Shown in pieces: positions 52,717 to 63,954 of a DNA stretch of 64,000 nt. The notes under the pieces are model-generated. The model was not told where the DNA came from and ran no database searches. It was given only the letters and a program-made list of their open reading frames with translations. A program made the translations under genes and the position numbers. Each line of letters opens with the position of its first letter. Within the stretch, counting starts at the first letter, position 1. Origin of the DNA: Salaquimonas sp. Its GTDB lineage: Bacteria > Pseudomonadota > Alphaproteobacteria > Rhizobiales > Rhizobiaceae. The DNA lies in assembly GCA_041742235.1 (NCBI GenBank), contig JBGSJA010000019.1, positions 902-64,901 on the forward strand, written 5' to 3'.

Positions 52717-54422
52717 CTCGAAATGTCGCGCGCGCCTTGGATGGCTTGCGCCTCGACAAGAAAGCCCTGGACGGCCGTTCCGTTCTTCAGTCGCAACGTG
52801 CCGATGCCAAGCGGCGCCGGTATGCCCGCAACGAAACTGCCGTAAGCTTCCCGCGACATCGACCAGACCTCGACCGCGATTTCCTCGCCCGTGCCTTCGG
52901 GAACTCGCAACAGTCCCGGCTTGGGCGGCACGGTTCCCGCCAGGGCGTAAAGCCGGTAATCGGCAGTCGTTGAAGTTGCTTCGACGAAATTCGCGTTCCG
53001 GCTGGTCAGCTCATGGTTGAGCGGCATGCCAGACAAATGCGCGCCGACGACAGCGAGCCGGATTTCCTGCCCTGGAACGGTAGGTTCAGAAGCGATGCCG
53101 GTTTCGACAAGGCTCGCCAGGCCCGCAAGCATTGCGTCCGACCCCGCCTTGCCAATGAGTGTAAGCGACGACGGAAGCCCGTCTGCGCGCATTCCGGCCG
53201 GAACCGAGAAAGCCGCAAGGTCGAGCAGGTTCACGAAATTGGTGTATGTCCCGAGGTTGGAATTGAGCCGCACCGGATCGGCCAGAACTTCTTCTACTGT
53301 GTAGACCGTCGGGATGGACGGCACCGCCAGCATGTCGATCGAACTCAACACGGGTTCGACGGCGCGGCGCAGCGCGGCGAGCCGGTACAGCGCGTCGAAT
53401 GTATCCACCGAGTTGAATTTGGAGGCGCCGGAAATGATAGCGCGTGTCACCGGGTGCAGCGCATCGGGGTTCCGTTCGATGATGCCTCGAACGGCATGAT
53501 AACGCTCGGCCACCCATGGCCCCTCGTAAAGCAGGCGGGCAACATCGAAGAACGGCGTGAAGTCGATTTCGCGGATGCTGCCACCGATTGTGGCCAGCCG
53601 TTCCAGATCCGCCTCATATGCCTTTTCGGCGATAGCATCTCCAAAGAACTGCCGGTCGGCATTGCGTGGAACACCGATACGGAGCATTGGCGGCGCGGCT
53701 GCGATGCCCGCGGGCGGCAATCTGCGGGACATGAAATCGGCGGCGTCGTATCCGGCGGCGACCGCAGCGACTTCGGCGGCATCGGCGGCGTTTGCTGCAA
53801 ACACCGATATCGTGTCGAGCGTCCGGCAGGCGGGCACGACGCCTGTGGCGGAGAGCAGTCCAAGGCTGGGCTTCAAGCCGGCAATGCCGTTGAGCGCCGC
53901 CGGCACGCGTCCGGAACCTGCCGTATCCGTGCCGAGCGAAAACGCGGCGATGCCTGCGCCGACCGCCACTGCCGAACCCGAACTTGAGCCGCCGGGCACG
54001 AGGTCCGGCCGCAGAGTGTTCTTCGGAACGCCGTAGGGCGAGCGTACGCCGACAAGGCCGGTGGCAAACTGGTCGAGATTGGTCTTGCCGATGACGATCG
54101 CGCCGGCCGCCTCCAGCAGCCCCACGACATGCGCCGAAACTGTCGGTACATAGGCGAATTCGGGGCAAGCGGCCGTTGTCGGCATGCCGGCAACATCGAT
54201 ATTGTCCTTGACGGCGAATGGCAGGCCGAAAAGCGGCTTGCCCGCTGCGTCCTCCCTTTCGTGTTTTAGCGCGGCCTTGAGCGCGTCATCGCGGTCGCGC
54301 AATGTGATGAAAATCGCATCATCGCCATGCGAGGCGATCCTTGCATAGGTGGTTTCGATTGCCTCGACGGGCGACATGGCCCGCCATGTTTGAAAAGATC
54401 TGGCTTTCGGATTTCTGGACAT
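52677..54422 (-). CDS. allophanate hydrolase (AtzF-like: amidase domain plus C-terminal allophanate-hydrolase domain)
   Basis: GLPFAVKDNIDVAGMPTTAACP, GGSSSGSAVAV and the C-terminal LRLKNGTAVQGFLVEAQAIQGARDISSYKSWRAF. An alternative start lies at 54377 (MSPVEAIE). The 3' end overlaps the convergent regulator gene by 40 nt. Confidence 0.8.
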   Translation of the reverse strand: MSRNPKARSFQTWRAMSPVEAIETTYARIASHGDDAIFITLRDRDDALKAALKHEREDAAGKPLFGLPFAVKDNIDVAGMPTTAACPEFAYVPTVSAHVVGLLEAAGAIVIGKTNLDQFATGLVGVRSPYGVPKNTLRPDLVPGGSSSGSAVAVGAGIAAFSLGTDTAGSGRVPAALNGIAGLKPSLGLLSATGVVPACRTLDTISVFAANAADAAEVAAVAAGYDAADFMSRRLPPAGIAAAPPMLRIGVPRNADRQFFGDAIAEKAYEADLERLATIGGSIREIDFTPFFDVARLLYEGPWVAERYHAVRGIIERNPDALHPVTRAIISGASKFNSVDTFDALYRLAALRRAVEPVLSSIDMLAVPSIPTVYTVEEVLADPVRLNSNLGTYTNFVNLLDLAAFSVPAGMRADGLPSSLTLIGKAGSDAMLAGLASLVETGIASEPTVPGQEIRLAVVGAHLSGMPLNHELTSRNANFVEATSTTADYRLYALAGTVPPKPGLLRVPEGTGEEIAVEVWSMSREAYGSFVAGIPAPLGIGTLRLKNGTAVQGFLVEAQAIQGARDISSYKSWRAFVSASA

Positions 54423-54648
54423 TCGATTGCAGCCTGTTTTTTGGGCAAATTGCCGGCATTGGCATCTCGCGGGGCACTATTCGCCCCATGCCACCCAATG
54501 AAGCAAGAGTTCGGCCAGTTTGACCGCAATCACCGCAGGTTTCGGCTGACGGCAGTTTTCGAGTGCAAACGGCCCGGACAATCATGCTGCGACGCAAAAA
54601 CGTCATGCATCTCGGCTAGCGTAAGGGAGTTCACCCGCAAGGCCGGAT

Positions 54649-55413
54649 ATGTTCTCCCTTGGCAAGAAAAGAGCGTTGGTCGTCGGTATCGCCAACGAAA
54701 ACTCGATTGCGTGCGGTTGCGCCCGCGCCTTCAGGGCGCAGGGTGCGGAACTTGCGGTTACCTACCTCAACGACAAGGCCGAACCCCATGTCAAGCCCGT
54801 TGCCGAGGACCTTGGCGCGAGCATGTTCATGCCGCTCGACGTAAGCAGGGATGGCGAAATCGAAGCGGTGTTTTCGCAGATCGGCCGGCAATGGGGAAGC
54901 CTGGACATCTTGCTGCATTCGATTGCCTATGCGCCGCGTGAGGACTTGCACGGGCGGGTCATCGACTGCTCGGCGTCCGGTTTTGCCATGGCCATGGACA
55001 TCTCGGTCCATTCGTTCTTGCGGATGATCCGCCTGGCCGAGCCATTGATGACCTCCGGCGGCACCTGCCTCGCAGTTTCATTCTTCGGCTCGTCGCGCGT
55101 GGTCTCCAACTACAACATGATGGGCCCGGTGAAGGCAGCGCTCGAAAGCGCCGTCAGGTACGCAGCCGCCGAACTCGGCGGGAAGGGCATCACCGTCCAT
55201 GCCCTCTCCCCCGGTCCGCTGCGCACTCGGGCGGCTTCCGGCATTTCCCATTTCGACGAGATGCTCGACGCGGCGGCCCGGCGTGCGCCGACGCACCAGC
55301 TTGCGACGATCGAGGATGTCGGCGCCTTCGCTGCATTCCTCGCTTCCAACGAAGCGCGAAACGTCACGGGTGGTGTTCACGAAATCGATGGCGGTTATTC
55401 CATCACAGCTTGA
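54649..55413 (+). CDS. fabI: enoyl-[acyl-carrier-protein] reductase (NADH), FabI-type
   Basis: LGKKRALVVGIANENSIACGCARAF, LLHSIAYAP, YNMMGPVKAALES (Y-x6-K) and ALSPGPLRTRAASG. Confidence 0.8.
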   Translation: MFSLGKKRALVVGIANENSIACGCARAFRAQGAELAVTYLNDKAEPHVKPVAEDLGASMFMPLDVSRDGEIEAVFSQIGRQWGSLDILLHSIAYAPREDLHGRVIDCSASGFAMAMDISVHSFLRMIRLAEPLMTSGGTCLAVSFFGSSRVVSNYNMMGPVKAALESAVRYAAAELGGKGITVHALSPGPLRTRAASGISHFDEMLDAAARRAPTHQLATIEDVGAFAAFLASNEARNVTGGVHEIDGGYSITA

Positions 55414-55422
55414 GGACAGACC

Positions 55423-57912
55423 ATGGCCAGCATTTTCGACTTGCTAGAACCTTCCCGCCAGAAAAACCTGCCCTATGCCGAGACGGATGTTCTGGGGAAG
55501 GTTCGCCACGCGCTGATGGATGCACAGCGCGAAGTGAACGACATTGCGCACAGCCACGGCATCCAGACGGCGGCCCTCCTCGCCCACAGCCGGCGCATCG
55601 TCGACAGTCATTCGGGCCGGGGCGGCAATACGCTCGAAATTGCCAACAAGGTTCTGGATGAACTTCGCTCCACGCAACAGGAAGGCAGGCTTGGCGAAGC
55701 CTGGCTTGAATACCTGACGGATGCAGGCGAGCGTTTCGTGCTGACGATGGACACCTTGCGCAAGCGCGGCGACATCTTCCTCGAACATGAACAGGCCGGG
55801 TGCCCGCCGGTGCTCGTCTATGAGTACGAAAAGGTCATGGATGGAGCGGACCTTCCTTTTCCTTCCAACTACGAGTTGCTGCGGATCTTGCCCCCGGCGG
55901 GGATCGAAGTGAAGGACTGGAAGCGGCCCTATATGATCATCGACCCGCGCGCAGGGCACGGGCCGGGGATCGGTGGTTTCAAGTCCGACAGCCAGGTCGG
56001 CGTCGCCCTTCGTGACGGGCACCCGGTTTATTTCGTTTCTTTTCGCCGCGAGCCGGAACCCGGTCAGTATCTGGCCTATGTAACCCGCACCCAGTCAGCC
56101 TTCGTGCGCGAAGTGATGCGCCGTCACCCCGAATCGCCAAAGCCAGTCATAACCGGCAATTGCCAGGGCGGGTGGGCAACGCTGCTGCTGGCTGCGATGA
56201 ACCCCGATCTCACCGGGCCGGTGGTCATCAACGGCGCTCCGGTAGCCACATGGGCGGGCGAGGTGGGCCTCTACCCGATGCGCTACAATGGCGGGGTCGT
56301 CGGCGGAACGTGGATACCGATGGCGCTCTCCGATGTCGGCGGCGGAATCTTCGACGGGGCGCACCTGGTGCAGAATTTCGAGCTGCTCAATCCCTCGCGA
56401 ACCCTGTTCCACAAATACACCGACCTCTTCAGGGACATCGACAAGGGCGATGAACGCTTCCTCGAATTCGAGAGATGGTGGGGCGGCTTTTTCCTGATGA
56501 GCGAACCCGAGATCAAATGGATCGTCGAGCAACTTTTCGTCGGCAATCGCCTGGTCAAGAACGAGGCCCGGATCGAACCGGGCCGGCCGGTCGACCTGAA
56601 GGCAATCCGAGCGCCCATCATTGTGTTCGCCTCGCATGGCGACAACATCACCCCGCCCCAGCAGGCGCTCAACTGGATCGCTGAAACCTATTCGGACGTC
56701 AACGAGATCAAGATCCGCGGCCAGCGCATCATCTACATGGTGCACAACGAGGTTGGCCATCTGGGCATTTTCGTATCCTCGCAAATCGCCAACAAGGAAC
56801 ATGCCGAGGTAGCATCGACGCTCAAGACGATCGAGGCGCTGGCGCCCGGGCTGTACGAGATGCGCATCGATGATGTTGCCGGTGACGGGATGCACCGGCG
56901 CTTCACCGTTGGTTTCACCGAGCGTACGCTGGACGACATTCGCGCGCTCGACGACGACCACCACGACGAGCGGCCTTTCGCGGCGGTGGCAAGGGCCTCG
57001 GAAATGCAGGCGCAGGCCTATGACTTGTTCGTCCGGCCGTTCGTCAAGGCCGCGGTTACCGACACTACTGCAGAGCTGAGCCGTGCCATGCACCCGCAAA
57101 GGCTGACCCGCGCCCTCATGTCGTCGCGCAGTCCGCTCGTTCGCGGCCTCGAGGAGCGCGCCGGGCAGGTTCGGGCGGAACGCAAGCCCGCCGCCCCGGA
57201 CAATCCCTTCCTGGCGGCAGAGGCCCTGTGGGTGGAGATGGCCGGGCAGGCGATCGATCTGTGGCGCGATCAACGGGACATGATGACGGAACTGATGTTC
57301 CACGGTGTCTGGGGACAGCCATGGATGCGCGCCTTCGGCCGCTCGCACGATGCGCGGCGCACGCTGAAGAACGCCCATGAATTGAGGGCCCTGCCGGAAG
57401 TAAGCGCGGCGCTTTTCAACATCGAGCGCGGCGGCTTCATCGAAGCCGTCATCCGCATGCTGATCCTGCTTGCCGAGAACCGCGGCACAGTGCGCCGCGA
57501 CCGCCTCGAAAGGGCAAGCCGCGTGCTGACACAGGACGAACCGTTCAAGTCGCTGACAGCGGAGCGGCGCGCCATGATCATCCATGAACAGACCCTCATC
57601 GCGACCTACGAACCCGACGCCGCGATCGACACCCTGCCGGTCCTCCTCAAGACTGCGGAGGAACGCGACCTCGCGGCGCGCATCGTCCAGTACATTCCGG
57701 GCGCGATCGGCGAAATGACGCCGAAGACCCTCGAGATGCTGCAGCGGTTTCACAAGGTTCTCGATCTGCCACCGGTTACCGCCGACATTCTTTCCGATCC
57801 ACTTTCCGCAGGCGTGCAAGCGGCACCAATGGCGGCTGACCCCGCATTGGCTGGCGGTGGGAACGGGCGTGCAAGGCGCAAGACTGCATCGCAAGAGGCG
57901 GCCGGCGAATGA
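55423..57912 (+). CDS. DUF3141 family protein with PHA-synthase-like alpha/beta-hydrolase core (829 aa)
   Basis: GAGGA lies 6 nt before the ATG. The lipase-box-like GNCQGGWATLLLAA (G-x-C-x-G-G as in PhaC), FASHGDNITPPQQALNW and HNEVGHLGIFVS suggest a Cys-Asp-His triad. It has a long helical C-terminal extension. Confidence 0.65.
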   Translation: MASIFDLLEPSRQKNLPYAETDVLGKVRHALMDAQREVNDIAHSHGIQTAALLAHSRRIVDSHSGRGGNTLEIANKVLDELRSTQQEGRLGEAWLEYLTDAGERFVLTMDTLRKRGDIFLEHEQAGCPPVLVYEYEKVMDGADLPFPSNYELLRILPPAGIEVKDWKRPYMIIDPRAGHGPGIGGFKSDSQVGVALRDGHPVYFVSFRREPEPGQYLAYVTRTQSAFVREVMRRHPESPKPVITGNCQGGWATLLLAAMNPDLTGPVVINGAPVATWAGEVGLYPMRYNGGVVGGTWIPMALSDVGGGIFDGAHLVQNFELLNPSRTLFHKYTDLFRDIDKGDERFLEFERWWGGFFLMSEPEIKWIVEQLFVGNRLVKNEARIEPGRPVDLKAIRAPIIVFASHGDNITPPQQALNWIAETYSDVNEIKIRGQRIIYMVHNEVGHLGIFVSSQIANKEHAEVASTLKTIEALAPGLYEMRIDDVAGDGMHRRFTVGFTERTLDDIRALDDDHHDERPFAAVARASEMQAQAYDLFVRPFVKAAVTDTTAELSRAMHPQRLTRALMSSRSPLVRGLEERAGQVRAERKPAAPDNPFLAAEALWVEMAGQAIDLWRDQRDMMTELMFHGVWGQPWMRAFGRSHDARRTLKNAHELRALPEVSAALFNIERGGFIEAVIRMLILLAENRGTVRRDRLERASRVLTQDEPFKSLTAERRAMIIHEQTLIATYEPDAAIDTLPVLLKTAEERDLAARIVQYIPGAIGEMTPKTLEMLQRFHKVLDLPPVTADILSDPLSAGVQAAPMAADPALAGGGNGRARRKTASQEAAGE

Positions 57913-59300
57913 GGCTCGAGAACCGAACCCTTGAGGAAATGAACCCGGGCGATACGGCGGAACTTCGCCGACTTGTCACGGCCGATGACCTCTATGTATT
58001 TGCTGTCGCGTCGGGCAACTTCAATCCGATGCACCTGCCCGGCATCGATGGCGACGGCGACGGCAAGGCCGACGGGGTCGCACCGGGAATGTTCGTTGGT
58101 TCGTTCATTTCGGCGGTGCTCGGAACGATGCTGCCGGGACCGGGAACCCTCTACCGCTCGCAGAAATTCGATTTCCACGAGAGGGCCCATGCCGGCGACG
58201 AGCTGGTGTCGCGCGTCGTGGTAAAGGAAAAGGCCAAGGACGGAACGGTCACGCTGGTGACCGAGGTGCGCAGGGTTGCCGACGATGCCTTGATCGTTTC
58301 GGGAAAGGCCAAGGTGCAGGCGCCGCCGCGAAAATTCATTGCCGAAGACATCGAGGTGCCGGGACTTGTCGTCCAGCGGCACCGCCATTTCGACGCGCTG
58401 CTGGAAAAGGCCAAGCCGCTTCCGGCCATCGTGACGGCGGTGGTCTGTCCGCAGGAAGCAAACTCGCTGGGCGGTGCGGTTCTCGCGGCCAAGGAAAGCA
58501 TCATCACGCCGATCCTGATCGGTGACAGCGAAAAAATCGCCGCCGCGGCAAGCGAAATCGGAGCCGACATTTCCGGTTTCGAGATCATCGACGTCAAGGA
58601 TGCCGATGGCGCAGCACGGATGGCATGTGCGCTGGTCAACCAGGGCAAGGCCTCGGCAGTGATGAAAGGGCATATCCATACCGATGAACTGCTCAAACCG
58701 ATGCTTGAACGCGAAACCGGCCTGCGTGCCGGACGCCGCTTCACCCATGTCTTCGTCATGGACGTGCCGGGCATGCCCCATCCCATCATGGTAACGGATG
58801 CGGCAATCAACATCGCCCCGGACCTGTCGACGAAGGTCGACATCATCCAGAACGCCATCGACCTCGCGCTTTCGCTTGGCATCGAGGCTCCGCGCGTCGG
58901 TGTCCTGTCGGCCGTCGAAACGGTCAATCCCGCCATACAGTCCTCCATCGATGCGGCGCTTTTGTCCAAGATGGCGGAACGCGGCCAGATCAAGGGCGGT
59001 TTCGTCGACGGGCCGCTGGCGATGGACAACGCGGTCGATCTTGCCGCGGCGCGCACGAAAGGCATCCGCTCGGAAGTTGCTGGCCAGGCCAATATTCTCG
59101 TCGTTCCCGGTATCGACGCGGGCAACATGCTGGCCAAGCAACTGTCCTTCATCAGCCACGCCGAAGGGGCCGGCCTGGTGCTCGGCGCCAAGGTTCCGGT
59201 CATCCTCAACTCGCGTTCGGACAGTTCCATGTCGAGATTGGCTTCCTGTGCCGTCGCAGCGATCCACCATTTTCATTCGACCGGCCGGGACAGGAAATGA
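57909..59300 (+). CDS. MaoC-like hot-dog domain fused to phosphate acetyl/butyryl-transferase (PTA_PTB)
   Basis: ATGA overlap upstream. N-terminus: LYVFAVASGNFNPMH ... GDELVSRVVVKEK. From about residue 150: AIVTAVVCPQEANSLGGAVLAAKESIITPILIGD ... AVMKGHIHTDELL ... VTDAAINIAPD ... ANILVVPGIDAGNMLAK, the PTA/PTB pattern. Confidence 0.8.
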   Translation: MRLENRTLEEMNPGDTAELRRLVTADDLYVFAVASGNFNPMHLPGIDGDGDGKADGVAPGMFVGSFISAVLGTMLPGPGTLYRSQKFDFHERAHAGDELVSRVVVKEKAKDGTVTLVTEVRRVADDALIVSGKAKVQAPPRKFIAEDIEVPGLVVQRHRHFDALLEKAKPLPAIVTAVVCPQEANSLGGAVLAAKESIITPILIGDSEKIAAAASEIGADISGFEIIDVKDADGAARMACALVNQGKASAVMKGHIHTDELLKPMLERETGLRAGRRFTHVFVMDVPGMPHPIMVTDAAINIAPDLSTKVDIIQNAIDLALSLGIEAPRVGVLSAVETVNPAIQSSIDAALLSKMAERGQIKGGFVDGPLAMDNAVDLAAARTKGIRSEVAGQANILVVPGIDAGNMLAKQLSFISHAEGAGLVLGAKVPVILNSRSDSSMSRLASCAVAAIHHFHSTGRDRK

Positions 59301-60484
59301 GCCGCAATATTCTCACCCTCAATGCGGGCTCGTCATCGCTGAAGTTCGCGCTGTTCCCCAACGAGGGCGACGCGCCACTGGCCACCGGAATTGTGGACCG
59401 CATCGGCGCTGATGCAAGCCTGCGTATCGTGGATGCCCAAGGCATGGAACTTCCAAAGCGCGGCCATGGCGATTTCGCCGATCACGCACGCGCCCTCGCC
59501 TCCGCACTTGGAATACTGCAGTCGGAATTTGCCGGCATGGAAGTTGAAGCGGTCGGGCATCGCGTGGTTCATGGCGGTCCGGACTTCTCCGCTCCGGTAG
59601 CGCTGGACGATAAGGTGATGAAACGGCTCGAACAATTCTCGCCGCTCGCGCCCCTTCACCAGCCGCACAATCTCGCCGGTATCCGGGCGGCGATGGCGGC
59701 CTTTCCGGAGGCGGCCCAAATCGCCTGTTTCGACACGGCGTTTCACCGCAACCAGCCATTCGTGAACGATACGTTCGCATTGCCGCGCGAGTGGTACGAA
59801 AAGGGCGTGCGCCGGTACGGCTTCCACGGGATCAGCTATGAATACATGGCAGGCGCACTGGCGCAGACCGCGCCGCTGCTTTACGCCGGCCGGATCGTGG
59901 TCGCGCATCTGGGCAATGGCGCTTCCATGTGCGCAATGTCGAACGGGCGCTCGGTCGCCTCGTCCATGGGTTTTTCAGCGCTTGACGGCCTGCCCATGGG
60001 AACGCGGTGCGGGCAACTCGATCCGGGCGTCATCCTCTATCTTCTGGAACAGGAGAAACTGGAGCCGGCGGAGATTTCGGACCTCCTGTACAAGCGATCG
60101 GGCCTGCTCGGCATTTCCGGCCTGTCGCACGACATGCGCACACTAGAGGCCTCCGAAGACCCCGCCGCCAAGGATGCTATCGACTATTTCGTTTTCCGTA
60201 TCCAGCGCGAACTGGGCGCCATGGCCGCGGCTCTTGGCGGCTTGGACGCACTCGTCTTTTGTGGCGGGATCGGCGAGAACTCGCGCCTCGTTCGCGCACG
60301 GGTCTGCGAGCGGCTTGAATGGATGGGCATCGAGATAGATCACGGCAGGAACGCGGCCAACGACCCTGTGATCAGCAGCGAACTTGCGCGCGTAAAGGTT
60401 CTGGTGATTCCGACCAACGAAGAACTCGTGATCGCAAGGGCAGCACGCATGCTGTCCGGCGGGCGTGAGAGGAACGCGGCGTGA
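59297..60484 (+). CDS. ackA: acetate (short-chain acyl) kinase
   Basis: ILTLNAGSSSLKFALF, AVGHRVVHGG, YGFHGISYEY, VAHLGNGASMCA and FCGGIGENS. ATGA overlap upstream. Confidence 0.9.
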   Translation: MSRNILTLNAGSSSLKFALFPNEGDAPLATGIVDRIGADASLRIVDAQGMELPKRGHGDFADHARALASALGILQSEFAGMEVEAVGHRVVHGGPDFSAPVALDDKVMKRLEQFSPLAPLHQPHNLAGIRAAMAAFPEAAQIACFDTAFHRNQPFVNDTFALPREWYEKGVRRYGFHGISYEYMAGALAQTAPLLYAGRIVVAHLGNGASMCAMSNGRSVASSMGFSALDGLPMGTRCGQLDPGVILYLLEQEKLEPAEISDLLYKRSGLLGISGLSHDMRTLEASEDPAAKDAIDYFVFRIQRELGAMAAALGGLDALVFCGGIGENSRLVRARVCERLEWMGIEIDHGRNAANDPVISSELARVKVLVIPTNEELVIARAARMLSGGRERNAA

Positions 60485-60595
60485 CATCGGCCTTGAAGGC
60501 AGAGGCGGCGGCCGCGATGATCCCGGACGAACCAGCGGTCGCGGGATGGCCGATGTACCGAAAACAGAAATGAACTGGCAGGGCAGGTGGAAGTC

Positions 60596-61378
60596 ATGGG
60601 TGCAAGCAAGGTAGCGGTCGTCACCGGATCAACCAGCGGCATTGGGCTCGCCGTTGCGCGCGCGCTGGCGGGCGCCGGCCATGCCGTCGTCCTCAACGGC
60701 CTTGGCGATCCTTCCGAGGTCGAAGGATTGCGCGCTGACATCGAAAGGCAATCTGGAAGCGAGATCGCCTTTCACAATGCGGACATGTCGAAACCCGACC
60801 AGATCGGGAATCTGGTGGAATTCACCAATGCCCGTTTTGGCGCGATTGACATCGTGGTCAACAATGCCGGCATCCAGACCGTTGCGCCGATCGAGGAATT
60901 CCCCGTCGACCGCTACGACCTGATTCTCGCGATCAACATGTCATCGGCCTGGCACATGACGCGCCTCACCATGGCCGGGATGAAGCAGCGCAAATGGGGG
61001 CGCTATATCAACATTGCCTCGGCCCACGCACTGGTGGCTTCGCCCTTCAAGTCGGCCTATGTCATGTCAAAGCACGCGGTTCTCGGATTGACGAAAACCG
61101 TGGCGCTCGAAGGCGCGGAATTCGGCGTTACGGCGAACGCCATATGCCCGGGTTACGTTCTTACCCCGCTGGTCGAGAAACAGATACCCGAGACCGCGAA
61201 GGCGCGAGGCATCAGCGAAGAGGAAGTGATCCGCGACGTGCTTCTTGCGGCCCAGCCCACGCGCCAGTTTGTCGGCGCCGACCAGATCGGCGCGCTGGCA
61301 ACGTTCCTGTGCTCGCCTGCGGCATCCCAGATCACAGGTACCGCCATTCCGGTCGATGGCGGCTGGACTGCGCATTGA
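60596..61378 (+). CDS. bdhA: 3-hydroxybutyrate dehydrogenase
   Basis: ATG at 60596 with AGGTGGA 4 nt upstream. KVAVVTGSTSGIGLAVARAL, NNAGIQ, NIASAHALVASPFKSAYVMSKHAVLGLTK, ICPGYVLTPLVEKQI and VDGGWTAH. Confidence 0.85.
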   Translation: MGASKVAVVTGSTSGIGLAVARALAGAGHAVVLNGLGDPSEVEGLRADIERQSGSEIAFHNADMSKPDQIGNLVEFTNARFGAIDIVVNNAGIQTVAPIEEFPVDRYDLILAINMSSAWHMTRLTMAGMKQRKWGRYINIASAHALVASPFKSAYVMSKHAVLGLTKTVALEGAEFGVTANAICPGYVLTPLVEKQIPETAKARGISEEEVIRDVLLAAQPTRQFVGADQIGALATFLCSPAASQITGTAIPVDGGWTAH

Positions 61379-61752
61379 GGTGTCCTGCGCCACGCGGTAA
61401 CCGGCGGCGACTACGAAACGCGGACCGTTTTCGCCATGACGCCCAGATCGGCACATTGGCGGGCGATGACCTTGGTCTCAGCTGATATGATGCAATCGCA
61501 TTCCACTATTTCCTGATATGCTCATCTCATGCTGGTACCCCTGCGGCATCCAGTCCATGTGTTCTGTCATGCGCACGTGGTATCGGATTGTCTCGGGCGT
61601 CTTGAATGGATGATTGCCCGACACTGTTTCGCGCGATGCCATTTCACAGGCACTCGGGCAACAGGCGCCGACATGAACATTTTCGAGGCTTTGATGCCGA
61701 CCAGGAAGCGAAGGGTGAGAACCCGCCCATTGTTCCGGTCAAGACTGGCTAG

Positions 61753-63954
<2,202 letters not shown>

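Noticed and set aside
54575-54610. Possible PHO box upstream of fabI (GACAATCATGCTGCGACGCAAAAACGTCATGCAT, roughly 11-nt periodic), considered because a PhoB-regulated pta-ackA operon is known in S. meliloti.
   Set aside because: There is no TGTCA core. Only CGTCAT and AATCAT approximate the CTGTCAT half-sites, which is too weak to call without a matrix scan.
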